From: Marsupella aquatica
Lineage: Eukaryota; Plantae; Marchantiophyta
DNA length: 64,000 nt
Assembly (NCBI GenBank): GCA_973895155.1
Contig: OZ316895.1
Span: 22,828,558-22,892,557, forward strand
Direction of reading: 5' to 3'
The notes beneath the pieces are model-generated. The model made no database searches and had not been told where the DNA came from. It worked only from the letters and a program-made list of their open reading frames with translations. Positions within the stretch are counted from its first letter, which is position 1, and each line of letters begins with the position of its first letter. Shown piece after piece: positions 13,032 through 23,722 of the stretch. Made by a program: the position numbers and the translations under genes.

Positions 13032-14527
13032 ATGTACAAAAGAATAAGCTGACAAGGATCAACATTATCATGAATATGTCGTTCCTCACCAACGAGGACA
13101 TACAAAAGACAAAGCTAAATGATACAAAAGACAAAAGTACCTAAAACATATGCTATACATATATAACATAGGATACCATGTACATAACATCCACAACCAT
13201 GCCCAAACAAAAAGCTTCCTTTACGACCATCACAACTATTGATCTATCCACAATATATCTGGTGCGTCTATGCATAAGGCATCATCAAAAGATTGCCCTA
13301 AACTTTGACGCAATATAGCGGCACTGCCATCAGCAGCAATAGCCAAAAATGCTCTATATCTTGTAGTCTAAAGAGACACAAGGGTTCATCAAAGGAGTAG
13401 CAACGCATGGCAGCATTAGTATCGTGCAACACTGGCAGGTAGCACCAAGGGCAAGTAGCTCGTGAGGGACAGAGGAAGCACTAGCAAGAGAATGTGAGCA
13501 ATAGACTCACCAACAACCAGCTAGTAGTCGCTCGTGCTCACAATGGGCTCTCAACCGGTTTAGGTGCCACACAGTATACACATAGCATATCTAGAATGTT
13601 TATGCATACTTCTTGGATGTCTGAATGTTGCCTGTGTATGAACTGATGACATGAATTAGAATAATAGATAATTGTATTGGCTCGCCTCTTTTTGGCCCAT
13701 GTCTTCCGGTAATCGTCTAGACATTGCTACAAAAACATGGAACACAAATTTGTATGATTGAAATACGATCTCACTCTAGTGTCAGGGGCTCTCACTCTAG
13801 TGTCAGGGGCTGAACGAAGACACTAGAGGTGTGAATAGATATTGTCCGTCTACCCCTGGAGAGAAATTATGTCCTATGCTCGATGTTGTGGACACATCAT
13901 CAGAGTATTTTAGTCACCAAGTACAGACCCAGTCATAAATTAATTTCAATTGGGTAATATATCATATAAATATTCTAGTAACTAGTACGCAGGGGCAATC
14001 TTATAGTATACAGAAGAAATCTATGCTCTTATATTGATAGCGATCATGTGTGAAATACTATGTCAATGTTTTTTAGCAAAGGGCTTTATAACCAAACTTA
14101 CTGTTCATATGGCGCTGATTTATGTTCACATTTATGATTCATGTCTTAGCTTGGTTATCTTCTTGTCATCAACCTTTTGGCTTTACATAATACCTTATTC
14201 TCACTTTATTGTTTTTCTTCTAGTCCTAACCCTTGCCATAATCTCTTGTTACTATGCATGATTGTCCTGGGCTTGTAGAATCGTTCTTGAATCATTCCTA
14301 AGTTCTGCCATGCACTATTTATACTCTATGAATTTCTAATAATGAATGTTTGGGTGAATGCCATATAAAGTAAGGACTATCCCTAGACCCTACTGTATGA
14401 CTAAGTCATGAACAGTCATGAACAATGTGTGAAGAGTGTACTAGTGTTTTAACTTGGCCTTGAATGGGTGCATGTCTACATACTTTGCATGATCTCTCTC
14501 AAAGAATAACTTAGGAAGCAATATTAG

Positions 14528-14570
<43 letters not shown>

Positions 14571-17570
14571 GATATCTCACACCCTGATAGGATCAAGTCC
14601 TTTTCTTACATACGACGATGCATTATTGATATGTGTTATTTGTAAAACATCATCTAGTGTCACACTATGTGGTTCAATGGTAACAGAAACGTAAAACAAG
14701 AATTAGCTTTTTAAAAACTTGTTTCTCCCTGTGGACAGGGGCTGAATGACAACCTTGGGGCAATACCATAGTTTGTGTCCACTGCTTTTGAATTTCAGTT
14801 GATGTCCACCTCAATCTGCCTGACCAGCTTACATGAGGCACTGCTGAGTAAATCTCCCTTAAAAATATTAGGGTGTTGTTTGCGCCATCTAAAGACACTC
14901 CTTTTTTATATTTGCATATCTTTCATCCTTTATAAGTCAAAATCTCAATTTTTCTACTTTGCACTTGACTTGATTCTCCCCTACTGTTTTTTGATCAATC
15001 TCCAATCTGTGTCATATGTCATGTACTAAAGAAACTTTTTCTGAAGATCTGTCTTTTTCCCTACTTATGAAGGACTGGCTGTTTATGACCGGCTTGCAAA
15101 CAGTTCAGTATCCCATTTTTGCTTTGTGTTGCCGCATAGGAATCCACTTGAATTAAGGGCAAGGTCTTGGGTCTGTCTCAACTCCCTCTTCGAGAGCTAA
15201 CGCCTAATTTCTGCCAGGTGTGTTGTTTTTCCAGGAGCCATGGATGAATGGACTCACTTGCATTTATGGCCCGTGTTTATGAAAATATATACAATATAAA
15301 CAATGGATGGATATGATAGGTGTAGGTTTATGATTGTTGATTATTTGATGACAAGTGCATGTATAGGTGTTGACCTCTTTTTGTCCAGAGTTTTATAGCT
15401 ATAAGGCTGTTACTAATTTGTCTAGTGCCCAGTGCTGTCTAACTTGGCTTTTAGACATAGTATCTTTAAAACAGGTTTGCTACATCTGAATAATTCAGAA
15501 AGTCTGTTTCACCAGGTTCTGCTAATAGTCTCCAATGCTTTTCATGATCTATATATGAGTGCGGCGGTTGTCATAGTTTGACAAAGTATTTTTTTTATTT
15601 GCTTAAAGCCTGTTTGATTTTTTACTCATGTTTGGTTATATGTAAAGTCTATTTACTGACCTCAATATTCACAGACCTATGTTTCCTTGACGAAGTGCAT
15701 GATATGTCTTGGTAAAACTTGTTATAATCTCTACTCACGAATGACTTGGTGTATGTGTGTATCTATGTGTTGATATCTCCCTGCCCAGACCTGTATAGCC
15801 ATGACATTGTTTATAATTTGTCAATGTACAGTATTGACATGGCCTTTAATGGGTGTCATATCTTTGACATTATCTGACTCTCTCTCTCAAGAATAACTTG
15901 GGAAGTAAAAGTAGCAATACATATATATATTTATTTATATCTGATGTGATATCATACCCTGATAGCTAGGATCAGGTCCCTTTCTTACCTACGGCGATGC
16001 ATTATGAATACAACATGTTATTTGTAAAACATCATCTAGTGTCACATTACATCTCCATAGTAAATAACATACCCATACCATATCATATCATACCATCCCC
16101 AGACTGGATAAAATGTATAGAACACATCATTCCATCCATAGAGTAGTTAAAATACATAGAACATCTCACATGTTCTATTCTTTTACTGATTGCAAATCAA
16201 CACCCGATTGTAGGAATGAATCTTGAAGATGCATGCAAATCATTCAAATATTGTAATGTAACTTAATACAAATCTCAAAATAAATCTCTGAATACCTATC
16301 CATCACCCACATACAATCATTCATTGGAACAAAGACTGTTCATACCCATGAGATTCAACTATCGAAAGAGTGGAGTACCTGGGTTAGCTTAGTGCACCGG
16401 ATAGATAAATGAAACTCTTGTGCTTTGTTTCAAGGCCACAATATTGATTGTATTCTTTCCTCAGGGCTTACTAGACAGAGATAACCCACACCACTGGTGC
16501 CTTCATTCAGCCCTATCACTAGGTTGAAAATGTTTTAAAAATATTGCTTCAAGTACATTGTTTCTGTAGCTTTGTCCGAACGGCCATGGGAAGACATGGT
16601 CCAAGGAAAGGCTAGTACTTATATCCCTAAACATTTGCATGAAGGTATGTGCATCAAGCCAGTCTAGTAACTAGTGTTTTATTGTGGAAAGCAAAAACAA
16701 TATTCGCAAAAGTCAGCATTCTAGAGCACCTTAGAGTATTTGCACCCATTGTTCTACTCCATCAATAGTCCCACGAGCCTTGTCTGTAGTTACAGTGATA
16801 GTACAATACTGCCTTTGCCCATAGTCCCACGAGCCTTGTCTATAGTTATAGTGATAGTACAATACCGCCTTTGCCCAGTCTTCTCACAATCCGTGTTTTG
16901 TTGGCACACTGTTGGTGCAGTCCTTCCTTAGTTTGCTTGTCTTCTCAATACAATGACAGAGTTAGGCCCCCAAGTGTTTCTTGGATTCTTCAGGGCAATC
17001 GTCACTAAGTATGAGCATTATCTCTGTGATCGAGTGCAGAATATAGATTTGTGCCATCTTGCCATCTTTGGCAAGATGGCACAAAGAGCCCGCTGATTAC
17101 ACTACCCACAGGCAAATGACCCACTCAACTAAGGGGAGGCAACCAAGGAGCCAAAAAGCCCCGTCGACCATGGCAAAAGTCCACCACAAAAATAATGCAT
17201 GGGCATGTCCTAGAGGCAGGGCAATGCCTACAATCGATAGAAAATGTGGATTCTCGGGCGACTATCAATAGAGAGAGTGTTCTGGACAAACACTAGGTGT
17301 CAACCTTAGCTATAGCTCATGGTAGGATCGTGTGGGTCTAGGAGTTGTTATCCGTTGACCTATTTACTTATGAATGTTGAGCTTGACACAAGACAATGAT
17401 CTTTGGTTTTGAGATTGAGATGGGTTATTACGGGTTGGTTTCTCTGTATGTGGAGACTGTAGAGGCCCTTGAATGAGACTGGTGTTGAGAAGCAAGTGCA
17501 AGTTTGTATCACACAAGTTTCAATCTAAAACCTTAGCCTAAAGAGTTTCAATCTAGAACCTTAGCCTAAA
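9370..17570. mobile_element. Gene-free, repeat-rich block of nested degenerate TE fragments
   Basis: Internal duplications are visible: 9520-9570 vs 9589-9638, 12885-13000 vs 15765-15890, 14500-14665 vs 15890-16045, and 12581-12730 vs 17353-17500. There is a GC-rich 11400-12880 segment and there are microsatellites (GA, CT/CA, AT). No credible long ORF is present and no family was assigned. Confidence 0.55.
14530..14562. repeat. (AT)n microsatellite
   Basis: Run of AT dinucleotides seen directly. Confidence 0.9.
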
Positions 17571-17933
17571 CTGTCATTGGAACCGAGACTGTAATTGTAC
17601 TATGTACATATGGATTGGAAGAAGGGTGACTAGGATGACTTTTGGGGCAGAACATCATGGAAATAAAAGGGGCATCCAAAAATGTTTAGACACTGGTAAC
17701 CCTTGTTCTTTACCAAATTTGGTAACCCTCGCTCTTTACCAAATTTACGATAGAAAGACAGGGGGATGTCATGATTTGAGAGCATTCGTCAATTCTAATT
17801 TTGGAAGGAGAGGAAAAGTTGGAGTCGTTTTCGAAGAAAAGTGAGCAGACGGCACTTTTCGAGTGGTCAGCTCTAGAGCAAGACTCCCAACTTACGTGTA
17901 AGGAGAGGGCTCGAGGACGGGCGGGATGCAACT

Positions 17934-19304
17934 ATGCAAGACGCGAACGATTCCTACACGCAGTGGAAGTCGCTGGTTCCAATCCTCTACGACTGGCTCG
18001 CGAATCACAACCTGATTTGGCCATCTCTCTCGTGCAGGTGGGGGCCCCAAGAGGCGCACGGCACTTACAAGACTCGACAGCGAATTTACGTGTCCGAGCA
18101 GACAGACGGGTCCTGCCCAAACACGTTGGTTGTTTTGAATTGCGATGTGATCAAACCTCGGGTGGCAGCGGCTGAGCACATATCTCAGTTCAATGAGGAA
18201 GCTCGATCTCCGTTTGTGAAGAAGCATAAGACCATTATTCACCCGGGTGAGGTGAACAGAATCAGAGAGCTGCCGCAGAATAGCAGCATTGTGGCCACTC
18301 ACACGGACAGCCCGGAGGTGTATGTGTGGAATCTGGATTCACAGCCCAATCGTGCTCCTTTACTAGGAGCCGCTCTTTCAAGACCTGATCTCGTCTTGGC
18401 TGGTCATACGGAGAATGCAGAGTACGCCCTTGCTCTGAGCCCTAATTCACCGCTTGTTTTGTCAGGAGGCCGAGATAAGAAAGTGGTTCTTTGGGGAGTA
18501 GAAGACCATGTCACAAGTATGGTGGAGTCCTCTTCTTCAAGACCGGCTGGGTCAGCTGGCGGGGGCAGACAGAGTTGGAATAATGCCGATAAGTTAGCAG
18601 TGTCTCTAACAACTGTTGGCCCACGAGGGGTATTCGAAGGTCATACTGCCACTGTTGAAGATGTGCAATTTCGTGCTTCCAGCTCGCAGGAGTTTTGCAG
18701 TGTAGGTGATGATTCTTCGTTGATCTTGTGGGATGCTCGGAAAGGGACTACACCTGCGATCAAGGTAGAAAAGGCTCATGATGCTGATTTGCATTGTGTG
18801 GACTGGAACACTCATAACGAAAATCTTCTCCTGACTGGTTCAGCCGATGCATCGGTCAGGTTGTTTGATCATCGAAAGCTCTCAAGCAACGGCCACGGCA
18901 TTCCGGTCGAGACTTTTCGTGGACACACCGCACCTGTTCTCTGTGCTCAGTGGTGTCCAGACCGAGCTTCAGTGTTTGGAAGCTCAGCAGATGATGGCGT
19001 TCTGAACGTCTGGGATTTCGAGAAGCTGGGGAAGCAGGAGGAAGTGAAGGAGATTCGTACTCCTCCGGGGCTTTTCTTCCGGCATACAGGGCATAGGGAT
19101 AAAGTAGTAGACTTCCAGTGGAATATTTGTGACCCGTGGACAGTTGTGAGTGTGTCCGATGATTGTGAAAGTGCTAGGGGAGGAGGAACATTACAGATTT
19201 GGAGAATGAACGATTTTATCCACAGGCCAGAAGGTGAGGTCCTTGCAGAGCTTGATAGGCATCGAACAAAGATTGTCAATGGGTCTGTAGCCTCTGTTGC
19301 CTAG
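17934..19304 (+). CDS. MSI4: MSI4/FVE-type WD40 histone-binding protein (RBBP4/CAF-1C family), intronless, 456 aa
   Basis: A single uninterrupted ORF carries YTQWKSLVPILYDWLANHNLIWPSLSCRWGP, EEARSPFVKKHKTIIHPGEVNRIRELPQN, ATHTDSPEV, FCSVGDDSSLILWDAR, HDADLHCVDWN, PPGLFFRHTGHRDKVVDFQWN and GGGTLQIWRM. These motifs are diagnostic of the MSI4/FVE subclade. Confidence 0.97.
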   Translation: MQDANDSYTQWKSLVPILYDWLANHNLIWPSLSCRWGPQEAHGTYKTRQRIYVSEQTDGSCPNTLVVLNCDVIKPRVAAAEHISQFNEEARSPFVKKHKTIIHPGEVNRIRELPQNSSIVATHTDSPEVYVWNLDSQPNRAPLLGAALSRPDLVLAGHTENAEYALALSPNSPLVLSGGRDKKVVLWGVEDHVTSMVESSSSRPAGSAGGGRQSWNNADKLAVSLTTVGPRGVFEGHTATVEDVQFRASSSQEFCSVGDDSSLILWDARKGTTPAIKVEKAHDADLHCVDWNTHNENLLLTGSADASVRLFDHRKLSSNGHGIPVETFRGHTAPVLCAQWCPDRASVFGSSADDGVLNVWDFEKLGKQEEVKEIRTPPGLFFRHTGHRDKVVDFQWNICDPWTVVSVSDDCESARGGGTLQIWRMNDFIHRPEGEVLAELDRHRTKIVNGSVASVA

Positions 19305-19345
19305 CGTCTTCTTATCGTCTTCGTTCCTTCTATCAATTTGGAACG

Positions 19346-22300
19346 ATGGCCCACCCGTGCTCAATTCCGCATGCTCTGAACGGTAAAGATGCCGCAATTG
19401 CTGTCAAGCGCAGCATAAGTTTGAGGCACCCAATTGATGCCGCTTCTCTGCCATTGATGAGGTTCTCGCTCAAGTTCAAGCCCTTTCCCTGGAAGTTCAA
19501 TGGAACAACTGGGCTGATGTGTCCAATTGCCAGAAGGCTACGAATGGTAGAAACTGAGTGGAAACGGAATGAAGTCAGATGCAGTGCTGGGCGTTTTTCG
19601 AGCGATGGAGTTGGTGATCTGTCTGCCAACCTGCAGCAGCAAGCTACTACCCTGCAACAATTGCGCAGGGCACGGGTTATTGCCTGTTTGAGAGCTTCCA
19701 GGTAGCTATGATTCCTGGAACCAAGTGACCCAATTGATAGTTTGAGGTTCTTCACTTTCCCAAGAAAGGTGGTGTCCATGGGAAAAGATGTTTGATCCAA
19801 TTTCATTGCAGTTGTTTATCTTTCGGTTGGATTCCATGGTTCGTTAATGCTTGGTTTCAGTGGTTTAAGGGGTTGATCATAGGCCATTGCCATTTGTTTA
19901 GCTGGCAGCTTAAATCCACGCCAGGGTTCAGGGTTTACGGTTTACCTTCCACATCACAGCAGATGTATTTTTCTTTGGTTATAATTTTACATGTCAGGGT
20001 TTTGGTCGTTAAGGGTTTTGATTCCTATTAAGTCTTGGTTAGGATTCAGTGGTTGGACAATTCTTCTTGGAACTTATCGTATGTCTTTACCAGAGGTTGA
20101 GGTGTCTGGATATGTTTAGGGTATCTCGAGAGAACGGCTTTTTCTCAATCTTTGGCTGAAAGTCAGTACCGAATAGTTTTTTGTTCCCAGGAGTTGTGGA
20201 TCTCTTTGGCTTTTGGTCGGGACGTGGGGTTTCTCTTAAGATTATTGGTTTTGACGATCAGGATCAAGGGCTATGGTGGACATCTAGAGAATGGGATCCT
20301 GTCGTAATGATCTTCGAGAATGTGCAAACGTGTATTGCCCAAATGAGTCGAAAAAATATAATCCGGTTCAATGCAGTCTGTTAAATTTCCTAAAAATCAC
20401 AATCTTATTGCATGGAGACTTAGTGTAGATCCATTCGGTGAGGTAAGACTACAATTGCCGCTGACATTCCTGGTGGTGTCCGTGTAACGTTAGAAGTAAT
20501 AATCAGAGATTGATTGTATAAAGACTGAATTGGCAGTTCAAACCTGGCGCTGGATGCGGCTCGTGCAGCACTGGATGGTGGGCTTACTGTGGTCTGCTCT
20601 TCTGCCTTTCGTGATATCATTCTTTTGGTCTTGATATATCATTAGAGTTGGGTATCAAGCTGGCATTGTAATTGCCGTCGGCCACTGAGCCAGTCTCTGA
20701 TGATCCTCTTGTTTGCTTTCCTTGCAGCTTGAGGTCACCATGAATACTCCGCAAGCTGCAGAGGTCAGTACTTTCGATGGTGAGGACCATGAATTTTGTT
20801 TAAACCTCACAAGACGCTTTACTTGCGTTTGAGTGATTTTGGAAAAGATTGTGGCAATTTGTTGGATTAAGTCGATCATTGACTGCAACTTTACCTGTTT
20901 AGCTTGTAATGATAAGACTCAGAAAGTTTAGAAAGTAGAGGGATCCTTGCTCTGGACTAGGTTAGTATCTCGAAATGGGTTTCAACTCTGCAAGTTGAAC
21001 AAGATGGGATGAGGTCCTCTACCACACCTCACTTTGATGTGGAAAAGTCTTGAGACAATTCTTGAATATTGAGGTAACTATCGCGGAGATTGCAGGTAAT
21101 CAAGGTTCTTGTGCGAGAGTATCCATCAGTATTAATTGGGGTAAGAGAGACTTACAGACCAGCATTTGGCAGTGACGAGTTTTCACTTTAGACTTGCTAT
21201 TGTGGACCACGGAAATGCCGGAACTTTGCTTCGGGCTTGGGTCTAATCGTGTCACTTGGGACATACTTCAGGCTGGTACTGTGCTATCGACGAAAGAAGC
21301 TGATCTGGCCAAAGATGCTGGAGCCAAGTTTTTGATGAGTCCTGTTACAGTGGAGGTCTGTGCTTATATCACGTACACATGACAGAGAGTACAAGACATT
21401 TTTGCTTCTGGAGACAGTACTTGGTTATTTCATCCTTTCGACATTTGTTTTCATTGTGATCGTTGTGTCGCGGTTGTTTTGACATTTTGCTGCATCGTCG
21501 ATGATTGAAATCTTAGACTTATAGTCAGATATACTTCGTTTTGACTTCAGTCCACAAAATGTTTTCATGTCTTTGTTACAGGAGATTGTCCGTGATCACA
21601 GATGTGGACCAGTAGTACACATTCCAGGGGCTATGACACCAACTGAGGTTAGGCCATGAAGCAAGCCAAACTTAGCATGCAAGAACTTTCTCCTTCCATC
21701 AGGGACTAGAAAGGTGTGTCTATTGATGTTGTCGCTAACTATGATTTTATCGATGGGCTGCTTATCTCTAAATCACATGCTTTGTGGTTTGTCTCCTTTG
21801 CAGGTTATAAGTGCGTACAACTTAGGAGCTCCTGCTGTGAAGGTGAAATATAATTTAATGAGTATGAAAAGAATGTAGTACTTAGCTACTGTAGATCTCA
21901 ATATGCCATCAGGATCAGGATATTGGAATCAGCCACATCCACGTTGTCAACATTACTGTAGGTCGTCTCTTGTTAACTCTAGTCAATGCCTATTTTCTTA
22001 TGTATACTGCTTCAATAGACATTTTCAAGTATAGTTTTGCATTGTACACCGTCTTTCAGCAATCAACTCCCCGTCCAGAAGCCTATTTCTTACTATTTGT
22101 GCTCGCCGGGTTCCATTCTTGTTGCAAGCTTACCTCATTTGTAGATCCATTGAGGTTCAAAGCTGGCTTGTGACCGAGGTTCGTTGTGCAGCTGTACCCG
22201 ATGTCACTTCTCGGAGGAGTTCCATTCATGAGAGCTCTGAGCAAATCACTTGGTCATATTCCCATGATTCCATCGAACGGCATTTGCTTAGGTGAATCTT

Positions 22301-22564
22301 ATTCCCAGTCGCTTACTCTTCTTCTAATTTTCACAGCAAATACTCAGGCATACATTTTAAGCTTCGTCTAACCATCTGTTAACCATTAATGTAACAGATA
22401 TGGTGGAGTCATACATTATTGCAGGTGCAATCGCAGTGATACTTTCTGAATCAATTTTTGAAAAGTCAGCATTAGAAAGAAATGATATGGATAGAGTAAG
22501 GAAACTTGCAAGTGCAGCTGTTTCGGGGACTACTTCTTGTCAATCCAAGTTGATGACTTCTTAA
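19346..22564 (+). CDS. EDA: KDPG/KHG aldolase (Eda, class I aldolase) with predicted plastid transit peptide
   Basis: Exons are 19346-19701, 20537-20591, 20728-20763, 21096-21140, 21272-21355, 21582-21647, 21804-21842, 22192-22291 and 22398-22564, all GT-AG with consistent phase. The spliced protein reads ...VIACLRASSSNLALDAARAALDGGLTVLEVTMNTPQAAEVIKVLVREYPSVLIGAGTVLSTKEADLAKDAGAKFLMSPV...HIPGAMTPTEVISAYNLGAPAVKLYPMSLLGGVPF...IPMIPSNGI...AGAIAVILSESIF. It has the GAGTV, GAxFxxSP, PGxxTPTE and Schiff-base VKLYP motifs. The ~100-aa N-terminal extension is rich in R/S/A. Confidence 0.93.
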
Positions 22565-23460
22565 AACAATAATCATCTTTGCTCTGACGATGGTCCTCCA
22601 ATTGTGAACGATGAATTCCGAACACGATCTCTTACGGGCAGCACCTCTGCACCGCCATTGGGTTCAGTCGGTCCACTGTTCTTTGTCATGCACAACTGGC
22701 AGGACTGAGAAGTCGCGTTTCTTTGCCAAGCTCTAGTGGTTGATATCTTGTGGTGCACTCGATAGTTAACAAGCTCAACCTCTTAACTTTATTAAAAAAT
22801 CGGAGTATGATGAAAAGTATCTTATAACTTCATTAAAAAATAGGAGTATGATAAAATGTATTTTACAATTTCATTAAAAGTCCTTCAGATTGTCATACAG
22901 GTGTTCAAGGGTCACATTGAACATTTGTTGACCCTCTTCATATCCTACCCCTTTGGAGTAGCATCCACGGAAACACCCTTATCATTCCCTTCCCATAGCA
23001 AATCAATAACCACCCAACTGCCCGAAACTTTGGATTGGTTCACATGAGTGCAAATCAATAACCACCCAAGTGCCATAAACTTTGGATTGGTTCACATGAG
23101 TCTAAGCTGGTCCCCAATCTAATTAAAATGCGAATATAGACAAGTGAGTTTACTTGGGATTGGTTCACACGAGTCTAAGCTGGTCCCCAATCTAATTAAA
23201 ATGCATTGATTCTGGACAAGCAATGACTCCCTTATGCAATGGCACTTGACAGTATTGATTATAGACAAGCATTGACTTGCATATGCAATGGCACAAGTCA
23301 GATCTTGGAACTGAACAAGACATATCAGAACATGAAACCCATTGAACACCCGAAGATTGTAATTGCAATTGGGGAAAGCATCTGCCACAATTGAACTGTA
23401 AAGGCTAATGCCACTAGCACATGACAGATCTTAAGGGGCACTGAACAAGACAATTAGAGC

Positions 23461-23722
23461 AGGATGCCCATTCAACACCCACATATGGTAATTACAAATG
23501 AAGAAATCATCTGCCACAATTGAGTTGTAAAGGCTCATGCACTAGGATGCCCATTCAACACCCACATATAGTAATTACAAATGAAGAAATCATCTGCCAC
23601 AATTGAGTTGTAAAGGCTCATGCACTACTAAGAGCAGGATGCCCATTCAACACCCACATATAGTAATTACAAATGAAGAAAACATCTGCCACAATTGAGT
23701 TGTAAAGGCTCATGCACTACTA
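23461..23722 (+). repeat. Three-copy ~85-90 bp tandem repeat
   Basis: The unit AGGATGCCCATTCAACACCCACATAT...TTGTAAAGGCTCATGCACT starts at 23461, 23544 and 23636. It is single-copy in duplicate B (~25946-26030). Confidence 0.9.

Noticed and set aside
17934-19705. MSI4-Eda fusion protein by stop-codon readthrough
   Set aside because: The two ORFs are in different frames (starts 17934 and 19346), MSI4 has a complete C-terminus, and Eda begins with a transit-peptide-like segment.
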